From the NCBI GenBank assembly GCA_050084985.1, contig JBITNC010000001.1:189906001-189970000 (forward strand): 64,000 nt of DNA, given 5' to 3'. The translations under genes were made by a program, and so were the position numbers. This document shows positions 53,301 through 64,000 of the stretch, piece after piece; positions within the stretch are counted from its first letter, which is position 1; each line of letters starts with the position of its first letter. The notes under the pieces were generated by a model that searched no databases, was not told where the DNA came from, and saw nothing but the letters and a program-made list of their open reading frames with translations. Origin of the DNA: Nageia nagi. Its lineage: Eukaryota; Plantae; Pinophyta.

Positions 53301-54367
53301 AATTTGAAAATCATAAAATAGATAATATGTTGTGCGGCATATGGAAAAAGCATTTGAACTTTCTTCTATTTTAACTTCACATTATTATTATTATTTATCA
53401 TTTTTTATTATTGATAAAATTTTACATTTTGAATCTTATTTTTCTATATTTCTTTGCTATTATTAGAATAATGCTTTGTATTACTATTACTTGTCATTTT
53501 ACATTATGATTTTTAAAACTTAATTTATGTCCTATAATTATTTACACTATTATTATTTTGTATTTTATTTATATTACTATTATTTTGCATTTTGAATTTT
53601 GAAGAATTTTTATGAGGATATGTTAAGATAGATTGAAGAAATTTTGGTTTATTTTTTGCGCAAACAATATTATATAATTTTTATTTATTTAATTTTGGTT
53701 AAGATAATATACTTTCTATTACTTACATGTGTACTTTTTAAAAATTAAATAACAAAATATGAAATTTTATTTGATAATTTTTACAAATAACTTACATAAA
53801 TAAATTTGTTAAATAAAAAATTAAAATATTGAACATATGCATTTAAATAATATAGTCATAATAACAATACTTGTAAATGAATGATGATTTGTTTATCATC
53901 TTTTTACTTCTATTTTATGATGAAGTATGAAGCAAAATGATTGATAAATTTTGAAAGAATACAATTATTAAATTATTTCAATATTTATAGTATTAACTTA
54001 GATATCTTAAATATATATCTAAAAATGCAGAAAGGTATCAATCTCAAGACATCTATCTTGGATGCCACACTACAAAAAAATAAGATATGTTTTCAAGATC
54101 GATACCTCTTGACGATTTTAGATATATATTTAAGATATCAAAGCTATTGTGTGATGCTCTTAGATGTATTGTGACACATGATGTTGGGCTTAACCGCCCA
54201 AACACATGGTGTCACACTTGTGTGTTAATATTATTGATCATTATTGTGGGGCTTAACCACCCATTATATCTCATGCTTTGTTTTTTGTGGATGCTTGCTT
54301 GATTCAATTGCTTCAAGTGGACGTCTCATGGTGATTCGATCATGTTGCACACTTGCATAATTCTTCA
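50392..54367 (+). mobile_element. Small non-autonomous LTR element (TRIM/LARD-like) whose 3' LTR is interrupted
   Basis: 5' LTR 50392-50833, PBS tggtatcaaagc at 50834-50845, 1.3-kb interior with no TE protein domain, PPT agggagg at ~52115. 3' LTR 52122-52367 plus 54147-54367, ending ATTCTTCA. TSD weak (atatt/acttt). Confidence 0.82.
52368..54146 (+). mobile_element. 1.8-kb insertion with asymmetric short inverted repeats and a 3' hairpin (Helitron2/Helentron-like non-autonomous element, tentative)
   Basis: Inserted in a T-run with no clear TSD. IRs at 52369-52382 and 54101-54114 (12/14). Weak hairpin 54117-54142. A related 5' end occurs at 57913. Confidence 0.5.
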
Positions 54368-54649
54368 ACTTTGTCACCTCATACAACAAATGAGTTTTGA
54401 TCATAGGGGGAATGTTAACATATGACCTAAAGTTTTTAAAATTGAGATGTATTCGATGTTTTAAGAGTCAATCTAGGTAATGTTTATGCCTTATCATTTC
54501 CCTTATAAAGATGCAATGTTATTTGTAATTGATGTAGATCATACTCAAAGTTTGAGATTTTTTCAACCAACATTCTAGCTAAAATAATCTACCAAAATGT
54601 TTAAAAAACATAGTTCACATAAAGAATCAACATTTTCAATCTAAGCATA

Positions 54650-55140
54650 CCTAGTGGACCACTCACCATTCTTTATTCCATTAAAGCATTCATATATTTT
54701 GTCACTATATATTGTAAGCCATGGCACTTTTCTTCTGTTAAAAATGAAAGGTTGTAGATGGTTGGCTATATAAACAAGCATTTATTTGAATTCCATAATA
54801 TCATGTATAATATATTAGTTGAATCTCAAGTAAACCTCCTTTTGAATTATTGAAGGATTCATCAACCATTTTGGGAAAAATTTTCATTCTTTAGTTGATT
54901 TTTATTTCGCATGGATATTCAAGTGTTTGCCTAGTGAACCACTAGTCAACTTGTATTTCACTAAGGCATTCCTCGTGCCTACATTTTATATTGTATCATA
55001 TCACTGAAATACATAACAATCACAAAGGATGATATTGCAAAGTCGTAGATGGCCTAGCTATATAAACAGGCTCTTATTCCCATTTCATTTCATCAATGTA
55101 TCACCCAATAGTGCAATCTCAAGTTATCTTACTTTTTTTA
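54650..55140. repeat. Diverged ~280-bp direct duplication containing a TATA-like motif
   Basis: agtg(g/a)accact, gtagatgg..gctatataaaca and aatctcaagt each occur twice (~54650-54850 and ~54930-55140). Confidence 0.65.
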
Positions 55141-57862
55141 TTATGGGTAAATTGTATTAATAAAAAAAAAAAAGTGTGGATTTTTTTAGGATCTCCACGA
55201 ACCTTTACAGAAGGATAGAGTTAAGTTTTCAAACGTACAATAGGACTACAATTATTTTGTTGTTGTTATTACCCTAAATGCTTTCCATAAGTTCTTGCAT
55301 CAAAACATGACTTAGATAACATGTTGTCCTATCTTAGAAATGAAAGATTATACCATATCTACTTGGGAATAATTACAAAGACCCTACTTGATTAGTTTAA
55401 ATCTCATACTGCTATCCAAAAGATCTTTGCTCCACTAACCAGTTTGCTTCATTTTCCTCTCTTCAGGTTCTTCTACATTTGTTCTCCTTATCAACCATAT
55501 GTAGGAACATAGGACATGTTGTAGTTCCTCTTGAAATAGGTGTTGTACATACATTTCTTCATGATTTGGCTAAAGTTTAGTTGCTCCCCTATATCATCAA
55601 ACAATGGACTCAATTCACCTTGTCGTTCAATTGCTTCCTTCAACATCAGGTTGTATAGTTCCACATCTTTATTTGTCCTTAAAGGAATCCCTTTTAAGTC
55701 GTCTGCTACTCCCTTCCTCTAGTGGAATTAGGAATACTTGAACCTTGGTGTCTGGTGTCGTTGAGGCTACTACTACATTACTTTGAGATATGTCTTCCAT
55801 CCTTGCATTAATGTTTTCCTTTACTATAAACTCTCAGGTAATTCCTCTTCCTCAAACACTATAATTTGGATTTGAGGCATCTTTGTTCCTCTTTGTTTTG
55901 TCACCCTTGTTTTGCTTCTAGTTCTTTTTGCAATGGTGATTTTTGTATCTTTCCCTACCTTGTCCATGCTACAATTAGACTCTACCCCCTTTTCTTGCTC
56001 CTTCATTTTCATTCCTATGTTTAGAATGCCCTTCATTTGCTTATTCTCCTTTTTTTAACAAAATACGTTAGGGTTCTTCCCTTTAAAGTCCTCTCACTTT
56101 TTTCCCCTTCTTTTGTTGCCTTTTTACTTTGTCAATCTACATGTCGCCAATAGTCTCTGTATGGGGTTTTCCTTGTTTTGTACCTCTTGTGCCTCCTTTT
56201 GAATTTCTTCTAGAATTGTTTTCCATTCCTGGTCTTCCTCACGATCAACCGAGTTTCCTCTTCATACTTTTGGTTTACCTTTGGGGAATCTGATTTTCTA
56301 TCTACCTGCTCCTCTTTTTTGTCTCTACTCCTTTTATTTGCATTAGCTCCTAATCTAGAATGGTCCCCTTTTTCCACAAATTATTGGCTTCCAAAAGGGT
56401 TTCCACTACTAGTCTTTCTTTTGTCGTTCTCTGAGCCAATTCCTATATCTCTTTACTATGCTTACTATCTTCTTGCACTGGTGCTACATTCTCCTCCCCA
56501 TTATCTTCCTCCTACATGCTCTTTGTTTGCCCCTTATCCTCTTTCTGTCTTGTGGCCCTTGTTTGTGTGGGTTTGTTCTTTAGAGAGAAGTCCTTACTTG
56601 ACTCTCATTTCTCTTCCATGGACCACTCACCTCCTTGGTCTTCAATACCCTCACCAATGGTGTACTTTCCTCTTCCTCAGAGATTTCTACCCCCAACATT
56701 TTGTTCTCCCTTGTGTTGTAGACTTTACCCCCTCTAGAATTCTCACCCTCAACATCTTCCTAGGTCTACTTGCTAATTACTCTGCCATGAAGTGGGCATT
56801 GAGTTAAATTAGCTTTAAATTTTCTTATTGAAATGCTTAGAGAATTGTTAATGAAGAAGATAAAATTTACTCTATTTGTTTCTAGAAAAGCGAAGTGGTT
56901 TATCAGACTAAAGTGATAAGCAAAAAGGATTGTGTACCTTCCTTCCTAAGTGATATATCTCACAAGTGCACTGGCCACTTCCTTCCATGGCTTTGGAATA
57001 CAATTTCTAAAAATCCTGGTTTGATACTTATCCAAGCTAACCCCTTGCATGAAGGTTTGCACAAACTTATCTTTGGCTAAAAGCTTGTTAATTTTTCCCT
57101 CTCCTTCAATTCCTACATTTGGCAAATTGATGGTTTGGGCTATTGTCTTTGTTAAGAAAACAAGCTCCAATCTATTGATGCTACAAACACCCTCATTCCA
57201 TGAGTTTGCCACTTCTATTGAAAGTTGTTCATCTTGTCCCTTACATGCATTTATGAAACCTTTTAAGCCTCCCTCACAAAGAATATGTCATACTTCATTT
57301 CGCTGGTCTCCTCTGATGAGCTCGACTCTCTTCTTACCAAGTCTCCACCCAATTCTGAATTTGCAATTTGAGGATTGGGTTTCAAAATGATGAGACCATC
57401 TCTTCACATGCTTCTTCCAACTATAAGCCTTTCATCAAAACTTGATTCATGTACTTTCCATTATTACAATTGCAACATCACTTCAAATTTCACATTAAGG
57501 TCTTCAAATCCTTCCTTATTCAATTTCCAAAGCTCCATTTGGAGTCCAACTGACAATGCTTCTTGGCAAAATGTTTACTCCTCTAGAGTATCATATGATT
57601 TGGGTCTCAACCCTTTTGAGAGGCTAAATAAGGCAAAAGATCTAATTCAAATTCAATATTTTTCAAGCTTAAAGAGTCTTTAATGGACTAGTAGTTTCAA
57701 ACATCTCTTCATCATTGTTGCATTCTTCTCTTTAAATTTGGCTACAAGGTTGCTTCTTCATTTTCTTATCTTATTGCAATGTTGGATTCTTCTAAGGGTT
57801 ACATGACTTGTTTATTCTCATTCACGCGCAACCCTCCCTCCTTCACAAATTATCTTCTTTTG
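55133..57862 (-). mobile_element. Poly-A-tailed element with an L1-like 3' end carrying a decayed non-RT ORF (~55570-57350)
   Basis: The reverse complement of 55133-55210 resembles the L1 3' end at 19470-19565. Possible TSD gttatct.. at 55123 and 57863. ORF fragments GGDLVRRE and IPKPWKEVASALVRYIT, followed by K/E-rich sequence. Confidence 0.6.
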
Positions 57863-57912
57863 GTTATCTATTTCTTAATTTGGGTATGTTTTTATTTGTG
57901 AGTTTATCTTCA

Positions 57913-58085
57913 TACGTTGAGATGACTTCGACAATGGCAATCGAGAAAGGCAAGGACCCAAATGTTTGAAAATCAAATATTTTTTTATTAAATTATTAAA
58001 TAATTTAATTGACATTAAAAATTTGATTATTACTTTTGTAAAAATTAATATAACCAACATTTAAAAATTTTAATACTAAGTCGAC
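57913..58085 (+). mobile_element. Short relative of the 5' end of the 52368-54146 element
   Basis: acaatgg..gagaaaggcaaggacccaaatgtt..aaatattttt aligns with 52368-52470. Confidence 0.5.
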
Positions 58086-60219
58086 TATATTATTGTAAAT
58101 ATTTTGCATAAATTTAACAATTACATATCACAAAACAAATCAGAATCCATCGGCTTATCTTTGTACTCATTTGGGCATTTCGGTTTACTGTAATTTCCAT
58201 TTGCTTTTATCTTCCATATGTTTTGAATTCAACTTTTTTAAATAATATTGCGATCGTATATTTGCTGCGAATTTATCTGTAATCTGAATTCATTATTGTC
58301 CTTTCATATATGAATTCATTGTTATTCTTTAAATCCACTTCCGCCATGACAAAACCCAATTTGCATTTGGCTATGACTTAACAGATTTGCTAAATTATTT
58401 CTTCAACATTTTTCATTTTTTTCTCTAAAGCATTTGGCTATGACTTGACACATTTGCAGAGTATGGATACTTGTTTTAAATCATATCTTTTATTATTTAT
58501 CATATTTAAATAACTTCTTATTTTCAATGAAATTATGCAACTTTTATATCATATTTAAAAGATTCTAAGATTCCTTCATAATTTGCTAGTACTGTTTCCA
58601 ATTTAGGTTCCTGTGTTTGTGTTTTCCTCATGGCCTCTGTATAGTTTATATAGCTTTTTTGCTTTGCTTTTGTCAGTCCCTATGGGTTTTAACCCTAGTG
58701 CTTTCTATTCTCATCGACTTGTACTTTGAGCCCCATTGACCTATTCTTTTGATCACCTGTGGACAGTAATATATATTTCTATTTTTACTGCTGCCAAAGT
58801 TCTGACCGTCATATTTCTAAGTTTCTTCTAATTAAAGAGATTTACGAAGCTCATTTCAATACAATTCTGACCACGCTATTGCAAAGAAACATGAGTGCAA
58901 CCATGCTTCTTGATTCCTGTCTTAAATTCTTAATAGAGATAGTTCTACTTGTGCAATAAGACATTTTATGGGACAAAACAGTAATTGATAATTGAGATTT
59001 ATGCCGTAAACAAGGGTCTGCGTAAGATAATTATCATTGTTTGTAATAAGGTCCTTGATAGTTTTGGAGCACAAATTATTTCTGGTATTAATTTCTTCAA
59101 TTCTCTTGCTGTTTTAATAATTTACGTAATCTAAACTATGTTAATGAGATTGTTTCCTTCCATATAAGCTTGAGTTAAATTAAATTAAATGCTGATTTAG
59201 ATCAAATAATATTTCCATTCCTTGTATCTTCTCTCCGTCTTCTAAGCTCACCACAACACAGACGCACCTAATGGGTACAATGCCATTGTATACGTTTTAA
59301 GAGTTCACCACCAAAACTATTGAGTTTCCAATTGATTATGTCATTGAGCTACAACTGGCAGATCTGTTAATTGAGAATAATTTCATGGCAATCATAAGAT
59401 ATCTTTCAAAGGGGAACTTCCCTTGGCTGCAAGATTTGTTTCATTGAGTACGTGTTTCCAATATGTTACTGTTTGTGAATCTGAAATCTATTCAAGTTCA
59501 ATTATCAGGGGTTTGGATTGAAAATCGGTCACGAAAATGTTGCTTTAGTATACGAATAAGTGTCGGGCTGTTCAAGTGCAAAACCCTTCAATAAATGGCA
59601 CCAGCTTTCCTAGTTGAAAGGGACATCAAGATACGAATTTTTCTGAAAGGTTAGATCAGGGAACAGCTAGAAGCGCATGCAAAACTCACAAAGGTGCCAA
59701 CAGAATATATAGATACAATGTTAATAGGAGGTCACCTCCTTGTCCACTAGATGGAAACCTAACTTGAAATACAACTTTAATCAGAAAATTGAAGTCCCAA
59801 AAAGTCAAAAAAGTGCTTATGAAATTCTTTTGCTTCTCAAAAATTGTATGTACTCCTATTTCAATGGGCTACTACAGATGCAATCAAGTTTAGCCTCATA
59901 ACTTTAATAAAGCACTTGTCAATTACAATTACCCTAGATGTATCTACAGAAGGCATTAACATTGCATTAATTAAACTCAACTGGATCTCTCACATGGTAT
60001 TATAAAACACATAGTTTAAACACTATGTCATCACCCATCTTATAATATCTGCTAGAATAGAAGCCCAAATGTGATTTAGGAAATGATTCAAATGATATAA
60101 ATAATATCCCCTTAACACATTAAATGAAATGCTGGCTACCTTGCAACAAATAACAAAACTTCCTACAGTAACAAGTAGCTTTAGCTCTCCAACTTGTCAA
60201 GCATAAATTCATGAAGAGG

Positions 60220-60360
60220 TCAACCAAGATCAGAACCTTTAATTTGTTTTTCAGGAGACTTAACCTTAGTCTTTGGAGGCCGTGCAATTTGATCAATAAT
60301 CCCATACTCAATAGCTTGTTGAGCACTAAAACGCTTGGGAAATTCAAGATCCTCTTTAAT
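60220..60360 (-). CDS. CLPR2: Last coding exon of plastid Clp protease proteolytic-subunit-related protein (ClpR2-like); upstream exons not found in the window
   Basis: After acceptor ttgttatgtatacag it reads IKEDLEFPKRFSAQQAIEYGIIDQIARPPKTKVKSPEKQIKGSDLG*, matching the ClpP/R C-terminal motif and the ClpR2-type KRF..EAIEYG.ID.I.RPP...GLG ending. Intact frame in a CpG-retaining context. Not in the ORF track because it has no ATG. Confidence 0.8.
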   Translation of the reverse strand: MKEDLEFPKRFSAQQAIEYGIIDQIARPPKTKVKSPEKQIKGSDLG

Positions 60361-62569
60361 CTGTATACATAACAAATAAATAAATATAACTTATTTCATT
60401 AAGATTTTGTAAGCAACTACATGATCATTAACTGGAGGTAGTTCATAGGCAGGAAACATGATATACAGGTGAACGAGTTGGAGAACATGTACTAATTATA
60501 AGAATAAGAACTATGCTGTCAACATTCTGGGATTTGATGCAGCAACAAACAGAAGAGAAAACATATTATATCAAAATATTGAAGCAAACAATAAATTTTT
60601 AAATATAGGGCAGTATCAATGACAAGTGAAGACAGCTCTCCAAAACGTTCTGCACCTTCAGAGTCGTGACACTGTAGCCTGGCCCAAGAAAGTTTTTCAA
60701 TGATTTGCATTACATATCAATTCGAAAGGGAATAATTTTGCTCAGACTCCATCCCAAACTATAAAGCATTTGCTTTTTACTTAGCGTGAATAGAATTTAT
60801 GTTTCCCAGAAGGTTCTCTCTTTATTGTGTTATTGTAAATGCTTAAAATTGCAATTCAACTATCTTAAAAAAATGTTTATTTATGCAAAATGCCGATTTT
60901 GGACCCACTTTGGGTAAATCAATATTAACTTGGGTAGCATAATCATCTCTGCACAATATTTAAATGGATCGACCTAGGTGAAGTCAAAATCAAATTTGCA
61001 TAACCTTTATGAAGAATTCTCAAGTGATCATTTCAAATATTAACAAATTCAAGAATTTTAATCAACAACCATTGAGAAAAAAGAAAGAAAAAGTGCAATA
61101 TCATCTTCAATGATCATAGTTGAATCATCAAAAGCACCAAAAAGGACAAAAACTTGGGGAGTTCAGAACAGTAACCCATGCCAAAACACTCAATATTTTG
61201 GCACCAATGCCCAACACTCTGGCTTTGTAGGCCCATAACAATGGACAATCTAGTCTGATACCTTGAAAACCCCTTTGGTCCAATAATTTCCTGATTTTTT
61301 TTGTTTTTGAATTATTTAATCAACAATTTAAGGCCATGTGCATGTGATAATATCAATATGCCTTGTGGGAGTTAGACACAAATGATGCTCAGCAAACAAA
61401 AGTTCTTACTTGAGGCAAGAATAATCCAAGGATACATGTCGACATGTCCCCCATCCCATGGAGGCCATCCCCATCCCCCTGGCATCCTTGATCTAAGGGA
61501 GAAACAAGGGAGATTATTATCCTCAATTGGGCCCACCCAGGCTATGCTATCCCTCAAATGACCAAGCAAAAGCAGGTGCCATTCCCAATTCATCTCCCTA
61601 AAGGGGAATACCTAAGTTGTAATTGGGTGTACCGAGGATAGCTAGCAAATGCTCCCTTGATTGTATCCAAGGGAAATCTTTGAAAAAATTTAATATCCTA
61701 ATTGCAAGCCAAATAATTCCTTGGCATCAAAATCATGTGTAGCACAACTCAACTCCTTGTAAATAAATTTCCTTGGGTGAAACACCCAATTGAAATCCTG
61801 ATTAATTCCTTCGCTCAAATAAGAATTCGAATTCAATTGTGCATCATAACTAATCTATCGGAAAATAGGCTGCATAACATTCGTGCATGTTCTTTTGTCC
61901 ATCCTTGTCCTATGATAAAAAAGTGTTGCAATTATAATCCTCACTCCTAACACAAAAACACCCATCATTATCCCTAGTATCTCACACTTTTTCTTGTTGG
62001 ATAAATGAACAAAAAAAGCCCTAAACAACCTTGAATGGATAATATGATAGTCCATTATCATGGTGGCTATCGAATAGAGCACGCAAACTTCTTTAGGAAC
62101 ATATGTTGAAATATTTACCTTACATGAAAGAACCATGCTATTATTCATTAGATTTCCCATACTGAAATCGATGGTGTAAACATTGAATCATCTTGCTACC
62201 AGCCTATAGTCAAACACCAAATATGGTGATATTAGAAGTGTAGGCAAACCTAGTGTGTTAAGATCAACGTTGTCGTAGTTCTTTTTGAGGTCATAAAAAT
62301 TCTTAAAATAAATCAAATTCTATGACAATGAGCTGATTTTCCTCGATGGAATTGGTGAGGTTGTGAAATCCATCACTATTGTTTTAAGGAAATGACTTGT
62401 TCCCCTCTATCATCCCAATGATACTTCCTAAAATGGCCTATCATAACATCTCATCTATTCCCCTACCATCCTCATTTCCAAAGCATCTTCTAACCTTGGA
62501 ATAATCAAATATAGAAACCCTACTAGAGATTACAATAGCTATGATATAAAAAACAATGATAATAACATA

Positions 62570-62870
62570 GTGCATGTAGTTGAAGGTAATGATCAACCAA
62601 TTCAACTAACAAGGTCTCAAGCTCAAAGAGAGGATAAACCTTTTTTCCCTCTACCACCACAAATAAAACTTAAAGACCTATTGCAAAAATACTTGATCAC
62701 ATTACCTTCAAAAAGAGCTCAAGATGATAACAATACAACAAAACTAGTTTGGTATCAAAAAACATCATATTGTGGATACTATGACACTAAAGGTCATACC
62801 ACCAACTAATGTAGCAAACTTAGAAATGAAATTCAACGATTGATCAATGAAGGAATTCTAACATTCTACA
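62570..62870 (+). pseudogene. Tat/Ogre-type gag fragment within the putative CLPR2 intron
   Basis: LLQKYLITLP..YCGYYDTKGHTTN*CSKLRNEIQRLINEG, a gag zinc-knuckle-like region. Confidence 0.7.
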
Positions 62871-64000
62871 CTCAAAATGCCAACATTCTAGGACATCAAA
62901 TTCAAAATTCCGACGTTCTAGGAATTCAATCCTAGAATGTCGAGATCAAAGCCAAAATGCATAGACTCAAATTACAAATTACAATTTCAACATGTTTCAG
63001 ACCAACCAAAGAACAAGCTATGGAAGGTTTCAAAGCAGTATTTCTTAGAAAAACAGTTTAGCATGACAATGGCAAAAAATTTCAGTAAGTTAAATCAGCA
63101 AGCATCTACAAATGAGAACAAGCATGATGATAACAATGGCACTTTGAATCCATTCCGATGATTCTGATCCATACTTAAGTGATACTGCTCTAGTGACCTG
63201 TATAACCAATTTTCCCTCTTGTTCAATGATGAAAGTAAAATAAAATATTCTAGCTCCCTTGACTCATCCAAAATTTGAAATGTGTGAAAACTTATCATGA
63301 AACTTGCAATGCTACTAACAATTGTCTTCAGCAGAAAGTTTGTTTTAGGACAGGTTCTACTATTATGAGGTCATGTTTGCAAGACATGACATAGAAGCAG
63401 TCACTATGTTCATCTCTTCGAACAATGGTGCAATTCCTATGATATGCAAACCATATTCCATGAATGGTAAGTATTATACACTATTGCACCAAATAAGGTA
63501 TATTTCTTAAATGTTTCTTTGTCTTATTATTGTGATAATCAATTTTTGTCTTAGCTTTAACCAAATCCAATATAATCACCATGTAGCATAGCTTCCATTT
63601 GGATTATCATGGTTAGAACAAATGCAAATTTGCATTCATCAAACAGTTTAAACTACATTTCTAGCCTTCTATCTCAGGCATATCTTGTTCAACACTAAAT
63701 AGTTCTTTGATGATCCTAATAATTACTTGGTTTCTCCCTTATGTACACTCATCTTTTTCCGTTTTTGTACTTTGCCTTCAATTTCGGATTTTGTTTGCTT
63801 ATATGTGAAGCTCCTTATCTTCGTCTTTGACTTTCACTATTTGCTTCTACATTTTATCTGCCAACTATTTTCATGGCTGAACAAGAATTACTTCAAGTAA
63901 TACAAACTATTTAATGAAGAATCTCAATGAGTATGTAAATTTTGCAGAAAATGATGACACTCCAAATGCAACCATGGGGCAGAAGATAGATTAACACTCA

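Noticed and set aside
54404-54610. PPT-like agggggaa followed by TGTTAAC (possible Copia 3' LTR)
   Set aside because: No second LTR, coding remnant or TSD to support it.
60120-60347. 75-aa ORF in the ORF track
   Set aside because: Wrong frame overlapping the real ClpR2-like exon.
61364-61952. Possible solo LTR (TGTGGGAG...CTCCTAACA)
   Set aside because: No TSD (tgcct vs caaaa) and no partner copy in the window.

Overview
AT-rich, CpG-depleted plant nuclear DNA, most likely a gymnosperm. The main clues are a TatII-type PROT-aRH-RT-RH-INT Gypsy element and a very long TE-filled intron. About 58 kb is a deeply nested pile of decayed transposons. The oldest layer is a CRM-like Gypsy element (42.4-46 kb, minus). 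Into it inserted a Tat/Ogre-like element (window start to 42426, minus). That element's 3' LTR is split by a 20-kb Copia (324-20273), which itself carries a hAT-type MITE, a 5'-truncated L1, and a pol-less LTR element with an antisense, intron-containing Plant Mobile Domain gene. Its 3'-UTR tandem array is split by a 14.3-kb TatII element (21338-35636). The TatII element is the most unusual object: it is bounded by ~490-bp terminal INVERTED repeats, has a fold-back (Y'-X'-Y) left end, a perfect 5-bp TSD and no recognisable PPT/U3. Further right lie an L1 ORF1 fragment, a small non-autonomous LTR element with a Helitron2/Helentron-like insert, an L1-tailed element encoding a non-L1 ORF, and the last coding exon of a host CLPR2-like gene (minus). 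All alignments were made by eye.
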